64,000 nt of DNA from Candidatus Nomurabacteria bacterium (GCA_023267435.1 JAHFNH010000002.1:88706-152705); one strand, 5' to 3'. Shown: positions 9,647-21,799, counted from the stretch's first letter. Notes: generated from the letters alone by a model not told the origin. Numbers and translations are program-made.

Positions 9647-9847
9647 CTAATTCCAAGTTACTGAGTTCGATGGAACCTCATAAAATGGAGCCTGTCCTGG
9701 TTTATCAGATACAGCAATTCCATCTTTCCCAATGCAACCATAAGTATACTCACTATACTCATGCACTTCTTTCCCTTTTTTTAGATCATTACTGAGCCAA
9801 GGATAATCTTTTTTCCTTAAATCTCTATTTAACACACCCTTTTTCAT
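9647..9847 (-). CDS. Small hypothetical protein
   Basis: 66-aa ORF with TTGACA promoter (9914-9919) and hairpin terminator near 9596-9627. Confidence 0.65.
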   Translation of the reverse strand: MKKGVLNRDLRKKDYPWLSNDLKKGKEVHEYSEYTYGCIGKDGIAVSDKPGQAPFYEVPSNSVTWN

Positions 9848-9934
9848 GTCTTTGGAATTTTAATTTGTGAACTTTTTTATTTCCAACTCAAAGTTTACCA
9901 TATATAATATATCTGTCAAATAAGACAACCTTTA

Positions 9935-10681
9935 TCAAGAAACAAGCACAACAAACTCCCCTTTTTGTTTTACAGGGTTTTTGGTTAGATATGCAAGAAG
10001 TTCTTCTGCAGAACCGGTTTTAAATTCTTCATAGATTTTTGTTATTTCACGAGCAATGCAGACTTTTTTGTCTGGGCAGAATTTTATTAACGATTCTAGA
10101 GTTTTTAAAATTCTGTGTGGAGACTCATAAAAAACCATCGTGCGTTTTGCTTCGGAAATTTCTTTAAATAATGTTTCTCTACCTTTCTTATGTGGCAAGA
10201 AGCCTAAAAATGTAAATTCATGAGTTGGCAAACCTGACGCACAAAGCGCAGCGATCAAAGCCGTCGCACCGGGTATAGGAATAACTTGAACTTCATCGCC
10301 AAATTTCTCTTTCATTTTTGAAACAAGCATTGCACCTGGGTCTGATATTGTCGGCGTGCCGGCATCAGAAACTAAAGCAAGATTTTTTCCTTGTTCCAAT
10401 AATTCAAAAATTTTATCAGTCTTCGCTAGTTTACTCTGAGCATGATAACTCATCGTTGGCTTGCTGATATTATATTTATCTAAAATTCTTTTTGTATCGC
10501 GAGTATCTTCGCACAATATCAAATCCACTTCTTTAAGTGTTTCAATTGCTCGGAGTGTAATATCTCCCATATTTCCTATTGGTGTGGCAACTATATAAAA
10601 TTTAACCACACACTTATTTTCTAAATGTTCAGAAAAACCTTTTGCAGAATTGTCATTAAATAAGTGTTTGGTTTTAGACAT
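9935..10681 (-). CDS. rsmI: 16S rRNA (C1402 2'-O)-methyltransferase RsmI
   Basis: YIVATPIGN, CEDTR, VSDAGTPTISDPG, FYESPHR, REITK. Confidence 0.95.
   Translation of the reverse strand: MSKTKHLFNDNSAKGFSEHLENKCVVKFYIVATPIGNMGDITLRAIETLKEVDLILCEDTRDTKRILDKYNISKPTMSYHAQSKLAKTDKIFELLEQGKNLALVSDAGTPTISDPGAMLVSKMKEKFGDEVQVIPIPGATALIAALCASGLPTHEFTFLGFLPHKKGRETLFKEISEAKRTMVFYESPHRILKTLESLIKFCPDKKVCIAREITKIYEEFKTGSAEELLAYLTKNPVKQKGEFVVLVS
10604..10673. repeat. Inverted-repeat insertion in frame in the rsmI N-terminus
   Basis: Arms aaccacacacttattt / aaataagtgtttggtt (15/16 paired). Confidence 0.6.
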
Positions 10682-10685
10682 AATA

Positions 10686-11171
10686 TTAAGCTATTTTCTC
10701 AAGCTTATTTTTTTCTTTATAAACGAGAGGATGTAGATGCGCCAAGATAACAATCATCAAAGCAATAGTTAAAATATTATCAATAATAAATCGTCCTTCT
10801 AATGTTGGTATTAAAAAACCACTCCAAGTAAATTCTGGCAATAAGAAAAGCGGTAGGATCACTACTATTAAATGCAAAGTAAGAAAGAAAAGCGCCAAAT
10901 GTCTCAAACTATGATTGATAATAGTCAGAGCTATAATTATTTCGAAAACTCCCAACACAATAAGAAGATTATTCAAAGGCACTCCTGGTATTGTTTTTGT
11001 TATGAGTTCAGAAATAATCGGATTTAAAGGAGAAAGAGAAAGTAATTTTAAAATACCAGACCAAAAATAAACTATAAAAATAGAAAATCTGGCAAATGGC
11101 ATCGCCCATCTTCTAACATTAGATATCATCCAATAATCAAAATTTTCTATTCTTTCAAGAATTTTTCCCAT
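10686..11171 (-). CDS. DoxX-like membrane protein
   Basis: RFSIFIVYFWSGILK, LGVFEI, PTLEGRFII; four hydrophobic segments. Confidence 0.7.
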   Translation of the reverse strand: MGKILERIENFDYWMISNVRRWAMPFARFSIFIVYFWSGILKLLSLSPLNPIISELITKTIPGVPLNNLLIVLGVFEIIIALTIINHSLRHLALFFLTLHLIVVILPLFLLPEFTWSGFLIPTLEGRFIIDNILTIALMIVILAHLHPLVYKEKNKLEKIA

Positions 11172-11225
11172 AAAAATATTATACCACCTACCTTATAATA
11201 TCCACAATAATAATGTTTATGTTAA

Positions 11226-11687
11226 TTATTTTCTATTGTATCTACCCATCAATTCTGCTTCAGCTAAAATATACCCTTGCATAGCATCGATAACTTCCTG
11301 TTTCATAGCACCCTCAGCTAGATTGAGCATAGAATCAAGAGCGTAAAGCTTGAAGAAATATCTGTGTTCTCTGTCAGGCGGACAAGGACTTCCATATGCC
11401 ATATTGCCTCTGGTATTTTTACCTAAAACTCCAGGCGGAGTGGAATTTTCTTTTATCTCTTTTACATCTGGCGGCATATTAAAAACAACCCAGTGATCCC
11501 AAACTTCAATTCCAAAACTTTGTTTGGCAGAATCTGGAATATCAGGATCATCCATCAAAAGAACTAAACTTTTAGCCTCTATAGGAACATCACCAATAAT
11601 AAGTGAAGGATTTATCCCTTCGCCATCGCAAGTGTACTTCGATGGAATTTCTTTTCCATTTTCAAAACTTGGACTTTGTATATTCAT
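11226..11687 (-). CDS. YbhB/YbcL (PEBP) family protein
   Basis: IPSKYTCDG, DDPD, WDHWVVFN, PCPPDREHRYFF; start at MNIQ. Confidence 0.92.
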   Translation of the reverse strand: MNIQSPSFENGKEIPSKYTCDGEGINPSLIIGDVPIEAKSLVLLMDDPDIPDSAKQSFGIEVWDHWVVFNMPPDVKEIKENSTPPGVLGKNTRGNMAYGSPCPPDREHRYFFKLYALDSMLNLAEGAMKQEVIDAMQGYILAEAELMGRYNRK

Positions 11688-11694
11688 ACATGAA

Positions 11695-11946
11695 TTATAT
11701 AATATCAACCAAAATAATCACACTGCTTTTTGGTTTGATTTCTAAGACCCCACCAGAAATGGTAAAGGTATTTTTTTCAGATCCAGTATCAAGAACAATA
11801 TCTCCTTTTGCCAGAGCTGAGACGAGTTGCATATGTTCAGGCAGTACTTCGATAATTCCGCTCTTTGTGGGCACAACTACAGAAATAGCCTCACCATCGT
11901 AGGCGACTTTATCTTTAGCTATAATTGCGATTTTAAGATTTGTCAT
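11695..11946 (-). CDS. atpC: ATP synthase epsilon subunit (N-terminal domain only)
   Basis: PTKSGIIEVLPEH, ISGGVLEI; last gene of atp operon. Confidence 0.88.
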   Translation of the reverse strand: MTNLKIAIIAKDKVAYDGEAISVVVPTKSGIIEVLPEHMQLVSALAKGDIVLDTGSEKNTFTISGGVLEIKPKSSVIILVDII

Positions 11947-11962
11947 TTTAAAAAATTAAAAA

Positions 11963-13381
<1,419 letters not shown>

Positions 13382-14287
13382 TTAATTGCTTGATAATGCT
13401 TCCGCTCCGGCGACTATCTCGGAAAGCTCTCTGGTGATACCGTCTTGTCTTGCATGGTTGTAAGACAACATAAGTTTATTTAATATTGTCGTGGCATTGT
13501 CTCCGGCGTTCTTCATCGCAAACATTCTGGCGGAGTGTTCTGAGGCAAAGGCTTCGGATAATGCTTGATAAACGACTACATCGACTAACCCTGGTAAAAT
13601 ATTTTCTAAGATCGTTTCTATGTCTGGCTCAAATTTATAATCTACAAAACTTTCATCTTCTTTCACACTCACTTTTTCTTCTTCAGTCTCTATTATATTT
13701 TTTACTGATTCAGGGCTGATTGGGAAGAGTTCTCGCAAGACTGGTTTGTAAGAAGTTGATTTCAGGAATTGTGTGTATAAAATCTTTGCGCTCTTGTATC
13801 CCCCTTCGACATATTCTTTTGAAACCAAATCCGATAATTCTTTTATCTGTTCCATACTCGAAGCTTCGGAGAAAGTTGTGAAGCTTGCGAAAGTTGGGAC
13901 ACCAGCTTTCTTGCAAATCTTCTCGCCATACTTTCCTATCGTTATGGCTTTCAAATCAATTCCTCGAGACTCTTCTTTTTTCAAATAAATATTTAAAGCT
14001 TTAAAAAGGTTTGTATGATACCCACCGCAAAGACCCTTACTACTAGCGACAACGACAAGTAATTCCTTGTCAGTTTTCCCTTTTTCCATCAAAGGATGTG
14101 AGACATCTTTATTTTTTGAAAGGTTCACCAATAGGTCTAAAGCAAAACGAGCATAAGCGCGTGAGGCAAGAGTTTTGTCCACCGCGCGACGCATTTTGGA
14201 AACAGAAACCATCTCCATCGTTTTTGTGATTTTTTTGATGTTTCCTGTCGATTTTATTTTTTGTTTTATTTCTTTAGTTGAAGCCAT
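13382..14287 (-). CDS. atpG: ATP synthase gamma subunit
   Basis: KITKTMEMV, KGLCGG, SEHSARMFAM, RQDGITREL. Confidence 0.97.
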   Translation of the reverse strand: MASTKEIKQKIKSTGNIKKITKTMEMVSVSKMRRAVDKTLASRAYARFALDLLVNLSKNKDVSHPLMEKGKTDKELLVVVASSKGLCGGYHTNLFKALNIYLKKEESRGIDLKAITIGKYGEKICKKAGVPTFASFTTFSEASSMEQIKELSDLVSKEYVEGGYKSAKILYTQFLKSTSYKPVLRELFPISPESVKNIIETEEEKVSVKEDESFVDYKFEPDIETILENILPGLVDVVVYQALSEAFASEHSARMFAMKNAGDNATTILNKLMLSYNHARQDGITRELSEIVAGAEALSSN

Positions 14288-14317
14288 ATGAGTAGCTAAA
14301 TAAATTAGCTTTTAAAA

Positions 14318-15805
14318 TTACATTCCCATGAATTCAATAATTGCACCGCGTAGTTCTGTCTCTATAACATCATCCCAACCTCCTGATAATTTTGTAAGTA
14401 AATCTTTTTTGGCACGCTCTAAGTGTGTGTAGAAATTTTCTTCCCACGCTTTGATTTCTGTAGTTTCTAATTCATCCAAATATCCTTCGTTTACAGCGAA
14501 AATAGAGGTGACTTGCTTGGCGACAGATATAGGAGAATATTGATTTTGTTTTAGAAGTTCAGTCACTCTCTTTCCTCTGTTGATAGATTTCTTTGTTTCA
14601 GGATCAAGATCGGAATCAAACTGTGCGAAAGATTCAAGTTCACGATATTGAGCCATCGCTAGTTTCATTTTACCAGCAACTTTCTTCATTGATTTTATTT
14701 GTGCACTTGAACCCACGCGAGAAACAGAAAGACCGACGTTGATAGCTGGACGAAGACCTTTGTTGAAAAGACCTGTCTCCAAGAATATTTGTCCGTCAGT
14801 GATAGAAATAACGTTAGTAGGAATATATGCAGACACGTCACCGGCTTGAGTTTCGATGATAGGCAAAGCAGTGATAGATCCACCTCCGTAATTTTTATTC
14901 AATCGGCAAGCGCGTTCCAATAAACGGGAGTGCAAATAGAAAACGTCTCCAGGATAAGCTTCACGACCCGGTGGACGGCGAAGCAAAAGAGAAATCTCAC
15001 GGTAAGCCACAGCGTGCTTGGAAAGATCATCATAAATTATTAAAACATCTTTTCCTTTGTCCAAGAAATATTCTCCAAGTGCTGTACCAGAGTAAGGAGC
15101 AAGGTATGAGAAAGCTGGACCGTCAGATGATCCGGCTGAGACGACGATAGTGTAATCCATCGCACCTGCTTCTTTTAATTTTGAAACGATACGAGCGACT
15201 TTTGATTGTTTTTGTGAAATAGCGACATAGATACAAATAATATCTTCGCCTTTTTGGTTGATGATAGTGTCGATAGCTATCGCAGTCTTACCTGTCTGAC
15301 GGTCACCGATGATAAGCTCGCGTTGTCCGCGACCGATCGGAATCATAGCGTCTATGGCCTTTATACCAGTCTGTACGGGGGTTTTCACAGGTTCACGAGT
15401 CATAACACCTGAAGCGACTTTTTCCACCGGGTAAACAGCGTCTGACTGAATAGCACCTGCTTCATCGATAGGTTCACCTAGAGGGTTTACCACACGTCCG
15501 ATGAAATTTTCTCCGACAGGAATAGAAAGAATCTGGTTTGTTCTCTTTACTGTTTCCCCTTCTTTGATTTTAGAAAAATCTCCGAGGACGATAGCTCCGA
15601 CAGAATCTTCTTCCAAGTTGAGCGCGAGCCCAATAGCTCCGGATTCGAAAGAAACCATTTCTGAAGACTGACATTTTGCAAGACCAGAAATCTTTGCGAT
15701 TCCGTCTGCAACTGAAAGGACTGTGCCATATTCATACATCTCGGCACCTCCTTCAAAACCGGCAATTCTCTTTTTCAAATTTTCTATTGTTGTATTCGCG
15801 CTCAT
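14318..15805 (-). CDS. atpA: ATP synthase alpha subunit
   Basis: [31 protein letters not shown]. Confidence 0.98.
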   Translation of the reverse strand: MSANTTIENLKKRIAGFEGGAEMYEYGTVLSVADGIAKISGLAKCQSSEMVSFESGAIGLALNLEEDSVGAIVLGDFSKIKEGETVKRTNQILSIPVGENFIGRVVNPLGEPIDEAGAIQSDAVYPVEKVASGVMTREPVKTPVQTGIKAIDAMIPIGRGQRELIIGDRQTGKTAIAIDTIINQKGEDIICIYVAISQKQSKVARIVSKLKEAGAMDYTIVVSAGSSDGPAFSYLAPYSGTALGEYFLDKGKDVLIIYDDLSKHAVAYREISLLLRRPPGREAYPGDVFYLHSRLLERACRLNKNYGGGSITALPIIETQAGDVSAYIPTNVISITDGQIFLETGLFNKGLRPAINVGLSVSRVGSSAQIKSMKKVAGKMKLAMAQYRELESFAQFDSDLDPETKKSINRGKRVTELLKQNQYSPISVAKQVTSIFAVNEGYLDELETTEIKAWEENFYTHLERAKKDLLTKLSGGWDDVIETELRGAIIEFMGM

Positions 15806-15815
15806 AATTTTAAAA

Positions 15816-16193
15816 TTAATTATTTATAATATTTTTTTCTAATTTTTTCAGACCTGTCATGATACTCGCGTCATAAATCTTTCCTCCGAACTTCGCTCTA
15901 AACCCTGCGATTAATTCTTTTTTTATTTTTAATGATTCATCTAAATGTTCAGCTTTTAGGAAACTCTTTATTTGTTTAGCGGTCTCGGGTTTTATCTCGT
16001 GAGCTATTTCTATTTGTATTCCTTTTTTCTCTTTTTCTTTTTCAGTAATTCTTTCAAGGTGATAAAGTATTGAATTCATCTGACCTTTCAAATTTCTCTT
16101 TTCAATAAAATCAAAAAACTTCTGGTCGAGACCTTCTGTATTTTCTTCAGACAATTCGAATAAAGCCTGAGCCAGTTGTTTTGATTTGATCAT
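15816..16193 (-). CDS. atpH: ATP synthase delta subunit (short)
   Basis: LAQALFE, ELIAGF...IYDASI; operon position. Confidence 0.85.
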   Translation of the reverse strand: MIKSKQLAQALFELSEENTEGLDQKFFDFIEKRNLKGQMNSILYHLERITEKEKEKKGIQIEIAHEIKPETAKQIKSFLKAEHLDESLKIKKELIAGFRAKFGGKIYDASIMTGLKKLEKNIINN

Positions 16194-16688
16194 TTATTTT
16201 TTGGCCAACATTGCGTTGATAATTTCTTCGCCCTTACCTGCAGATACATAACCTTCAACCATTTTACGAACACCGACAGATACAAGCTCTGCGACTTCTT
16301 TTCTGATTGCGTCATCTCCATTTTTCTTTTCTTTTTCTGCATCAAGCTTGGCTTGTCTCAAGATTTCTTCTTTTTCAAGAGTTGCTTTGTCTTTCGCTTC
16401 TTTTACTATTTCTTTACCGTCAGCTTGTGATTGACTGATAATATTTTTAGCATTATCTTTCGCTTCTCTGATTATTTCTTCTTTTTTGAAACCTGCGCCT
16501 TCAAGTTCGACTATTGCTTTTTCAGCATTAGTCAAACCATCCTTTATTTCATTCTCACGATCATCCATCAACTTGCGAAGAGGTTTCGCTGCAATAAAAT
16601 AAAGCGCAATAAAAACAAGCACAAAGTTAAATAACTGCGCGAGCATTATCTTCCAATCTATGTGAAATGTCGAAATTAATTCATTCAT
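16194..16688 (-). CDS. atpF: ATP synthase b subunit
   Basis: AQLFNF TM helix, KPL...R, coiled coil. Confidence 0.93.
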   Translation of the reverse strand: MNELISTFHIDWKIMLAQLFNFVLVFIALYFIAAKPLRKLMDDRENEIKDGLTNAEKAIVELEGAGFKKEEIIREAKDNAKNIISQSQADGKEIVKEAKDKATLEKEEILRQAKLDAEKEKKNGDDAIRKEVAELVSVGVRKMVEGYVSAGKGEEIINAMLAKK

Positions 16689-16710
16689 GATTTTTCTTTT
16701 TTGTAAATTA

Positions 16711-16776
16711 AAAAAATTAAGGCGTCGTGGGTCCCCTTTCCTATCTTTTCAGAGGGCGAAGGCGCAGAATTTTTTT
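16711..16776. repeat. Palindromic element family B, intergenic copy (atpE-atpF)
   Basis: gcgtcgtgggtccc...gagggcgaaggcgc core shared with 23453 and 23909. Confidence 0.8.
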
Positions 16777-16800
16777 AAATTTATAAAAAACTTATAAAAA

Positions 16801-17097
<297 letters not shown>

Positions 17098-17117
17098 TTA
17101 TTCGACTAATTTTTAAT

Positions 17118-17151
17118 TTCGCCTCTTCGGCGAATCAGCCGTTGAGGCTGA
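17118..17151. repeat. Double-hairpin element family A, intergenic (atpB-atpE)
   Basis: ttcgcc-tcttc-ggcgaa tcagcc-gttga-ggctga. Confidence 0.8.
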
Positions 17152-17156
17152 AATTT

Positions 17157-18029
17157 CTAATGTGCGTGTGCTTCCTTGTGTTCTTCGTGTTCACTGTGAT
17201 CTTGTGCTGCTATTGCGAAATACACAGTGGCGAGCAAACTAAAAATCAAAGCTTGAATCAAGCCAACGAATACTTCCAAAAACAAAAATGGTGCTGGCAC
17301 AAGATATGCCATAATGACACCCATAGAAGCCAATAACACTTCTCCTGCAAAAACATTTCCGAAAAGACGGAAAGATAGTGATGCGATTTTTGCCATTTCA
17401 CCGACTAATTCAAGTATTCCAACAAAGAAATTTATAGGAGCAACAATGAGCACTGTCGGGTCTTTTTTCACCTTTGTGAATATGGAACCGAGCGATATTA
17501 GATTAACATATTTATTGAAACTTTTCCATAATCCAACCATAAATATTCCAAAAATATTTGAAGCGATTACCACCATAATAGCAAGCGCTAATGTGGTATT
17601 TATATCAGCTGTGGCAGATCTGAAAAGAGGTACGAAGGTTGCATTTCCTCCTTCAAAAGAAGTAAAACCTAAAGAACCTAGAAGTGGCATCAATCCAAGC
17701 CAATTACTAATCAGTATGAAAAAGAAAAGTGAAAAAGATAATGGAAAAACTTTTTTAGAAATTTTCCTGTCGCCAGTCACCTGATCGCAAAGAGATAAAG
17801 CGCCTTCCATTATGATTTCAAAAAAATTCTGCAACTTTCCTGGTATTTTTTTTAATTTTAAACGAATAGCAAATGCTAATGCTAAAATTATAAGAAGTGT
17901 TAACCACGAAGTGATGATAGAATTTGTAACAGTAAAATTACCAATATTAAAAATCGGCTCAGCAAAGATAGTCACTTCGTGAGATATTGGAATATTAGTA
18001 TTTATATTTTGCGTATTACTTTGAGTCAT
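17157..18029 (-). CDS. atpB: ATP synthase a subunit
   Basis: TADINTT, SLSFRLFGN, IQALIF. Confidence 0.96.
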   Translation of the reverse strand: MTQSNTQNINTNIPISHEVTIFAEPIFNIGNFTVTNSIITSWLTLLIILALAFAIRLKLKKIPGKLQNFFEIIMEGALSLCDQVTGDRKISKKVFPLSFSLFFFILISNWLGLMPLLGSLGFTSFEGGNATFVPLFRSATADINTTLALAIMVVIASNIFGIFMVGLWKSFNKYVNLISLGSIFTKVKKDPTVLIVAPINFFVGILELVGEMAKIASLSFRLFGNVFAGEVLLASMGVIMAYLVPAPFLFLEVFVGLIQALIFSLLATVYFAIAAQDHSEHEEHKEAHAH

Positions 18030-18031
18030 TA

Positions 18032-18256
18032 TTATAAACTTTTTTGATAATTTTTTACTTCTTTAAATATTCCATAACAAGAAACACCAAAACTTAATCC
18101 GATTAAAATTGGAAAAATAAATTGAGAATTTAGATTAAAAAAATTTTTAACAAATAAAGACAACAAAGCTGGAATCAAAATCCATGCTGTTGTCTTGGCA
18201 TAAAAAACCAATGCTATAACTTTCCAATCTTTCTCTTTTTTATCTAATTCTTTCAT
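18032..18256 (-). CDS. AtpZ/AtpI-like membrane protein
   Basis: Two TM helices, first gene of atp operon; start at MKELD. Confidence 0.6.
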   Translation of the reverse strand: MKELDKKEKDWKVIALVFYAKTTAWILIPALLSLFVKNFFNLNSQFIFPILIGLSFGVSCYGIFKEVKNYQKSL

Positions 18257-18342
18257 TTCACAAAAAACCAAAAATAAATCTGAATAATTAGAATAACTAA
18301 AACAAAAACTATTGTTATAATTTCATTTCTATTATTCATTTG

Positions 18343-18414
18343 TGAGTGTGGATGGAATCGGACCATCGACCTCTGTCTTATCAGGACAGCGTTCTACCAC
18401 TGAACTACACACTC
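18343..18414 (-). tRNA. tRNA-Ile(GAT)
   Basis: GAGTGTG/CACACTC acceptor, CTGTC-CTGATAA-GACAG; T-loop TCCGATT. Confidence 0.92.
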
Positions 18415-18521
18415 ATGTGATCTAAAATTAACTCATAAAATATAACAAATATAACAAAAAAGGGCAAATAAAAAACACTCTATTGCTAGAGTGTTTTTTA
18501 TTTTTAGAAACTAATTTGAGA

Positions 18522-18857
18522 TTAGTATTCTCGGCGTCCACCGCGGTTTCCACCACCGTATCCACCACCATTGCCTCCTCCGAATCCACCAGTTCTTGGT
18601 GGTCGAGCTTCCATAGGGCGAGCTTCGTTGACTGTTAGTTTGCGTCCTTCGAATTCCTGGCCGTTGAACATTGAGACAGCACTTTGTGCTTCCTCGTCTG
18701 TTGACATTTCAACGAATCCGAAACCTTTTGAGCGACCGGACATTTTGTCCATGATAATCACAGCGGAAGTAACACTTCCTGCTTGTGCGAAAAGCTCTTT
18801 AAGAGCATCTTCTTGTGTACTGTAAGGTAATCCCCCTACGTATAGCTTTGTAGCCAT
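18522..18857 (-). CDS. RRM RNA-binding protein with Gly-rich tail
   Basis: RNP2 LYVGGL, RNP1 KGFGFVEM. Confidence 0.95.
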   Translation of the reverse strand: MATKLYVGGLPYSTQEDALKELFAQAGSVTSAVIIMDKMSGRSKGFGFVEMSTDEEAQSAVSMFNGQEFEGRKLTVNEARPMEARPPRTGGFGGGNGGGYGGGNRGGRREY

Positions 18858-18951
18858 TCTTATATTTCTCCCGTTTTTTAAAAATCGGGCAAAAACTATT
18901 TATAATGCGTAGATACTCTTACCGCTCAATTGGCTTAATTGGTGCCTAACA

Positions 18952-18986
18952 ATCGCCTCATCGGCGATCTGCCGTAGAGGCAGATC
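18952..18986. repeat. Double-hairpin element family A upstream of the RRM gene
   Basis: atcgcc-tcatc-ggcgat ctgcc-gtaga-ggcag. Confidence 0.8.
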
Positions 18987-19085
18987 AACACTCACAACTC
19001 AAACAAAAAGCTCTGGAGAAACTACACGCGAAGTATAGCACAAAAATAGAAAAAAGCAATGAAAGTGTATAGGTGTGGATAAATT

Positions 19086-20051
19086 TTATTCCTCTTCTTC
19101 ATCCCCTACAGCTCCAGATTCAATAGATTCTATGATTTCTCCTATTCCGCCTTCCATTATTTTAGGCAGATTATGCCAAGATTTTTTAATGCGGTGGTCT
19201 GTCACACGATCCTGTGGAAAATTATAAGTACGAATTTTCTCACTTCTGTCCCCTGTTCCGATCTGACCTTTACGTTCACTAGAATATTTTTTTGCCTCCT
19301 CTTCTTCTTTTAATTGCTGAATCTTCGCAGTCAGAATCATCATCGCTTTTTCACGGTTTGCGAGCTGACTTCTTTCGTTAGTCGAACGAACATCTAGACC
19401 TGTCGGTATGTGAATCAAACGAACTGCCGTCTCAACCTTGTTCACGTTCTGTCCTCCTTTTCCACCAGAACGAGAATATTCCATTTCCAAATCAGCCGGA
19501 TTAATAACAAAATTCACTCTTTTTTTGATAGGTAAAATAGCAACAGATGCTGTCGAAGTGTGTACGCGTCCATTTTTTTCTGTCGCAGGAATTCTCTGTA
19601 CTCGATGCACGCCAGTTTCATAACGCATTTTTTTATAAACATCTTTGCCTTTTATTTCAAAACTCGCTTCTTTATATCCACCAATATCATTTTTTGATTC
19701 GTCGTTTGTCTTCCATTGCCAACCTTCTACTTCAGAAAATCTTTCATACATGTGCGCCAGTTCCCAAGCAAAAAGAGCGGCTTCATCTCCTCCAGCACCT
19801 GCACGAACTTCGAGAACTATTTCATTTGGAAATTCTTCTTCCTCTTTATCTTTATCTAAAATTTCTTGAATTTGTTTTTCTGCACCATCTTTCTGTTCTT
19901 GAATAGACTTCAACTCAGTTTGAGCCATTTCATGTAAAGTATCATCACTCGCGAGCATTTCACGCACTTCAGCTTCTTCACGAGCAAGACGCTCTAAAAT
20001 ACCTGCTAGATAGCTCGTCTTGTGATTTTTTTTTAATTCTTCTAGATCCAT
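19086..20051 (-). CDS. prfA: Peptide chain release factor 1
   Basis: PAT recognition motif, GGQ, GDRSEKIRTYNFPQ. Confidence 0.93.
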   Translation of the reverse strand: MDLEELKKNHKTSYLAGILERLAREEAEVREMLASDDTLHEMAQTELKSIQEQKDGAEKQIQEILDKDKEEEEFPNEIVLEVRAGAGGDEAALFAWELAHMYERFSEVEGWQWKTNDESKNDIGGYKEASFEIKGKDVYKKMRYETGVHRVQRIPATEKNGRVHTSTASVAILPIKKRVNFVINPADLEMEYSRSGGKGGQNVNKVETAVRLIHIPTGLDVRSTNERSQLANREKAMMILTAKIQQLKEEEEAKKYSSERKGQIGTGDRSEKIRTYNFPQDRVTDHRIKKSWHNLPKIMEGGIGEIIESIESGAVGDEEEE

Positions 20052-20064
20052 ATGATATAAGAAA

Positions 20065-20148
20065 AAAGCTTCTTAAAATTTTTTACTTCCGAGGGTCCCA
20101 ACCGGTACTCCGGGAAGGGCGCAGGAATAAAAAATTTCAAGAAGCTTT
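20065..20148. repeat. Long inverted-repeat element, family B-like (prfA-rpmE)
   Basis: Arms aaagcttcttaaaatttttta / taaaaaatttcaagaagcttt around GC core gagggtccc...gggaagggcgc. Confidence 0.6.
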
Positions 20149-20154
20149 GGTCAG

Positions 20155-20373
20155 TTATTTCTTTGCTTTAGGAGATGCAGCTCGGCGCTTGTTGAAACGT
20201 TCTACACGTCCAGCTGTGTCCATGATCTTTTCATTACCAGTATAGAAAGGATGGCACTGACTGCAGATTTCCACAGAAATTTCAGGTAAAGTTGAACCAA
20301 CTTCAAATTCAGCTCCGCAGGCGCAAGTAGCTTTGGTCTTATCACTATATTTTGGGTGTATACCTTTTTTCAT
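20155..20373 (-). CDS. rpmE: 50S ribosomal protein L31
   Basis: [27 protein letters not shown]. Confidence 0.96.
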   Translation of the reverse strand: MKKGIHPKYSDKTKATCACGAEFEVGSTLPEISVEICSQCHPFYTGNEKIMDTAGRVERFNKRRAASPKAKK

Positions 20374-20394
20374 ATTTAAGAGATTATCACAAAC

Positions 20395-21738
20395 CTAAAT
20401 CGAAAGCAAATCTATATCAGACTGTATCTTCTTAGCCTTACTCATAACACCATCACCATAAAAGGCATTAGCTTTTTTATTCCAATTACTACCGGCATAA
20501 TATTTCAAAGCAGCCGTACGCTCAGCGGTAAATCCTCCAGCACTAGCCCCCAGCTCTCCTAGATAAATAGACGATGCCATAAACGCATGCTCCGGTTCCC
20601 AAGGATTTGGCATTCCGCTTATACCGAGTGCATTTGCGATTTTACCTGCATAAAGTTCCCATGTAGAAGGAATAAATTGTGAAGGACCCATTGCTCCGCC
20701 ATAACCACCCTTCCAAGGACAAGACACTGGCATAGAATATGGATTCAAGCCAAGAGCTGCAGTTATGCGTTCAAATGGAGCTTGATCTCGATCAGGTTTC
20801 ATAACATTTTTCCAACTCTTTGAAGGTGGATCATCTGGTCTATTGCATGTACCGATATTTGCTCCTAGATTTGTTTCTTGAGTAAGAATAGCGAGGACAA
20901 ATGCCGGACGCACACCTGTCTTCTTTTCAGCTTCTTGTGCATACTTCAAAGCTGTTCCGAAAGGAATAGCTTTCGAATCACGCAACTGGAAAAGCGCAGC
21001 GCGAATTTTATCTGCTCTGGATTTTTTCTCAGCGGCAAGTTTTTGATAAGCATCTTCTTTTTGTTTTGAAATTGCTAAAAGCTGCTTCTTGTCGGCTTCA
21101 CTTTTAGCAAATTGTTTCTGTGCAGTCTCAAGTTCGACTTTTGCATCAGTTTCAGCATTTTGTTTTATTTCTAAATCTTTCTTTTCAGTTTCAGTTTGAA
21201 CTTTAACTCCGGTAATTTCTTCCACAGAAGCTTTAACAGCTTGTTTAATAGAAGCATACGATTCTAAATCGCTGTAGAAATTTGAAATACTTTGATCAGA
21301 AAGAATCAAATGCATTATATTTTCATTATCAAATTCATTGGTATTTCTTAAAAGCTGAGCGAGAGATTCATGTTCGCGATCTATCTTGTCGGAAAGAGTT
21401 CCTATTGTTGTTACTTTTTCACTAATTGAAACTTTCAATTGAGCTATAACCAAAGCGCGAGCTTTTATTTTTGTTTTTAGAGCATTGATCTGACTAGTCA
21501 AATAATTTACATCGCCTTTCAATGTACCAGTTTGTTTTTGCTGTTCTTTTTGTTTTGCCAATAAGTCTGTTAATTGTTGTTCTATTTGGGCTAATTCATT
21601 ACGACAGTAATCCTTATCTGTTTGTGAAGAAGATATGGAAAGTGTTAAACAGTCAAAAACAGCGTACGCTTTATGGGCCGTAAATCCTGAAAACAACAAT
21701 ATTACAACAAAAAAAGTTATGACCGTTTTCCGTATCAT
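20395..21738 (-). CDS. Secreted coiled-coil protein with C-terminal lytic transglycosylase domain
   Basis: Signal peptide from MIRKTV (21738), long coiled coil, ILTQET and GAMGPSQFIPSTW. Confidence 0.85.
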   Translation of the reverse strand: MIRKTVITFFVVILLFSGFTAHKAYAVFDCLTLSISSSQTDKDYCRNELAQIEQQLTDLLAKQKEQQKQTGTLKGDVNYLTSQINALKTKIKARALVIAQLKVSISEKVTTIGTLSDKIDREHESLAQLLRNTNEFDNENIMHLILSDQSISNFYSDLESYASIKQAVKASVEEITGVKVQTETEKKDLEIKQNAETDAKVELETAQKQFAKSEADKKQLLAISKQKEDAYQKLAAEKKSRADKIRAALFQLRDSKAIPFGTALKYAQEAEKKTGVRPAFVLAILTQETNLGANIGTCNRPDDPPSKSWKNVMKPDRDQAPFERITAALGLNPYSMPVSCPWKGGYGGAMGPSQFIPSTWELYAGKIANALGISGMPNPWEPEHAFMASSIYLGELGASAGGFTAERTAALKYYAGSNWNKKANAFYGDGVMSKAKKIQSDIDLLSI

Positions 21739-21799
21739 AACTTTAATTGTAACATAATTTAGTTTAATTTTTCCCTCGGTCATAAACCTACAGGTGAAA

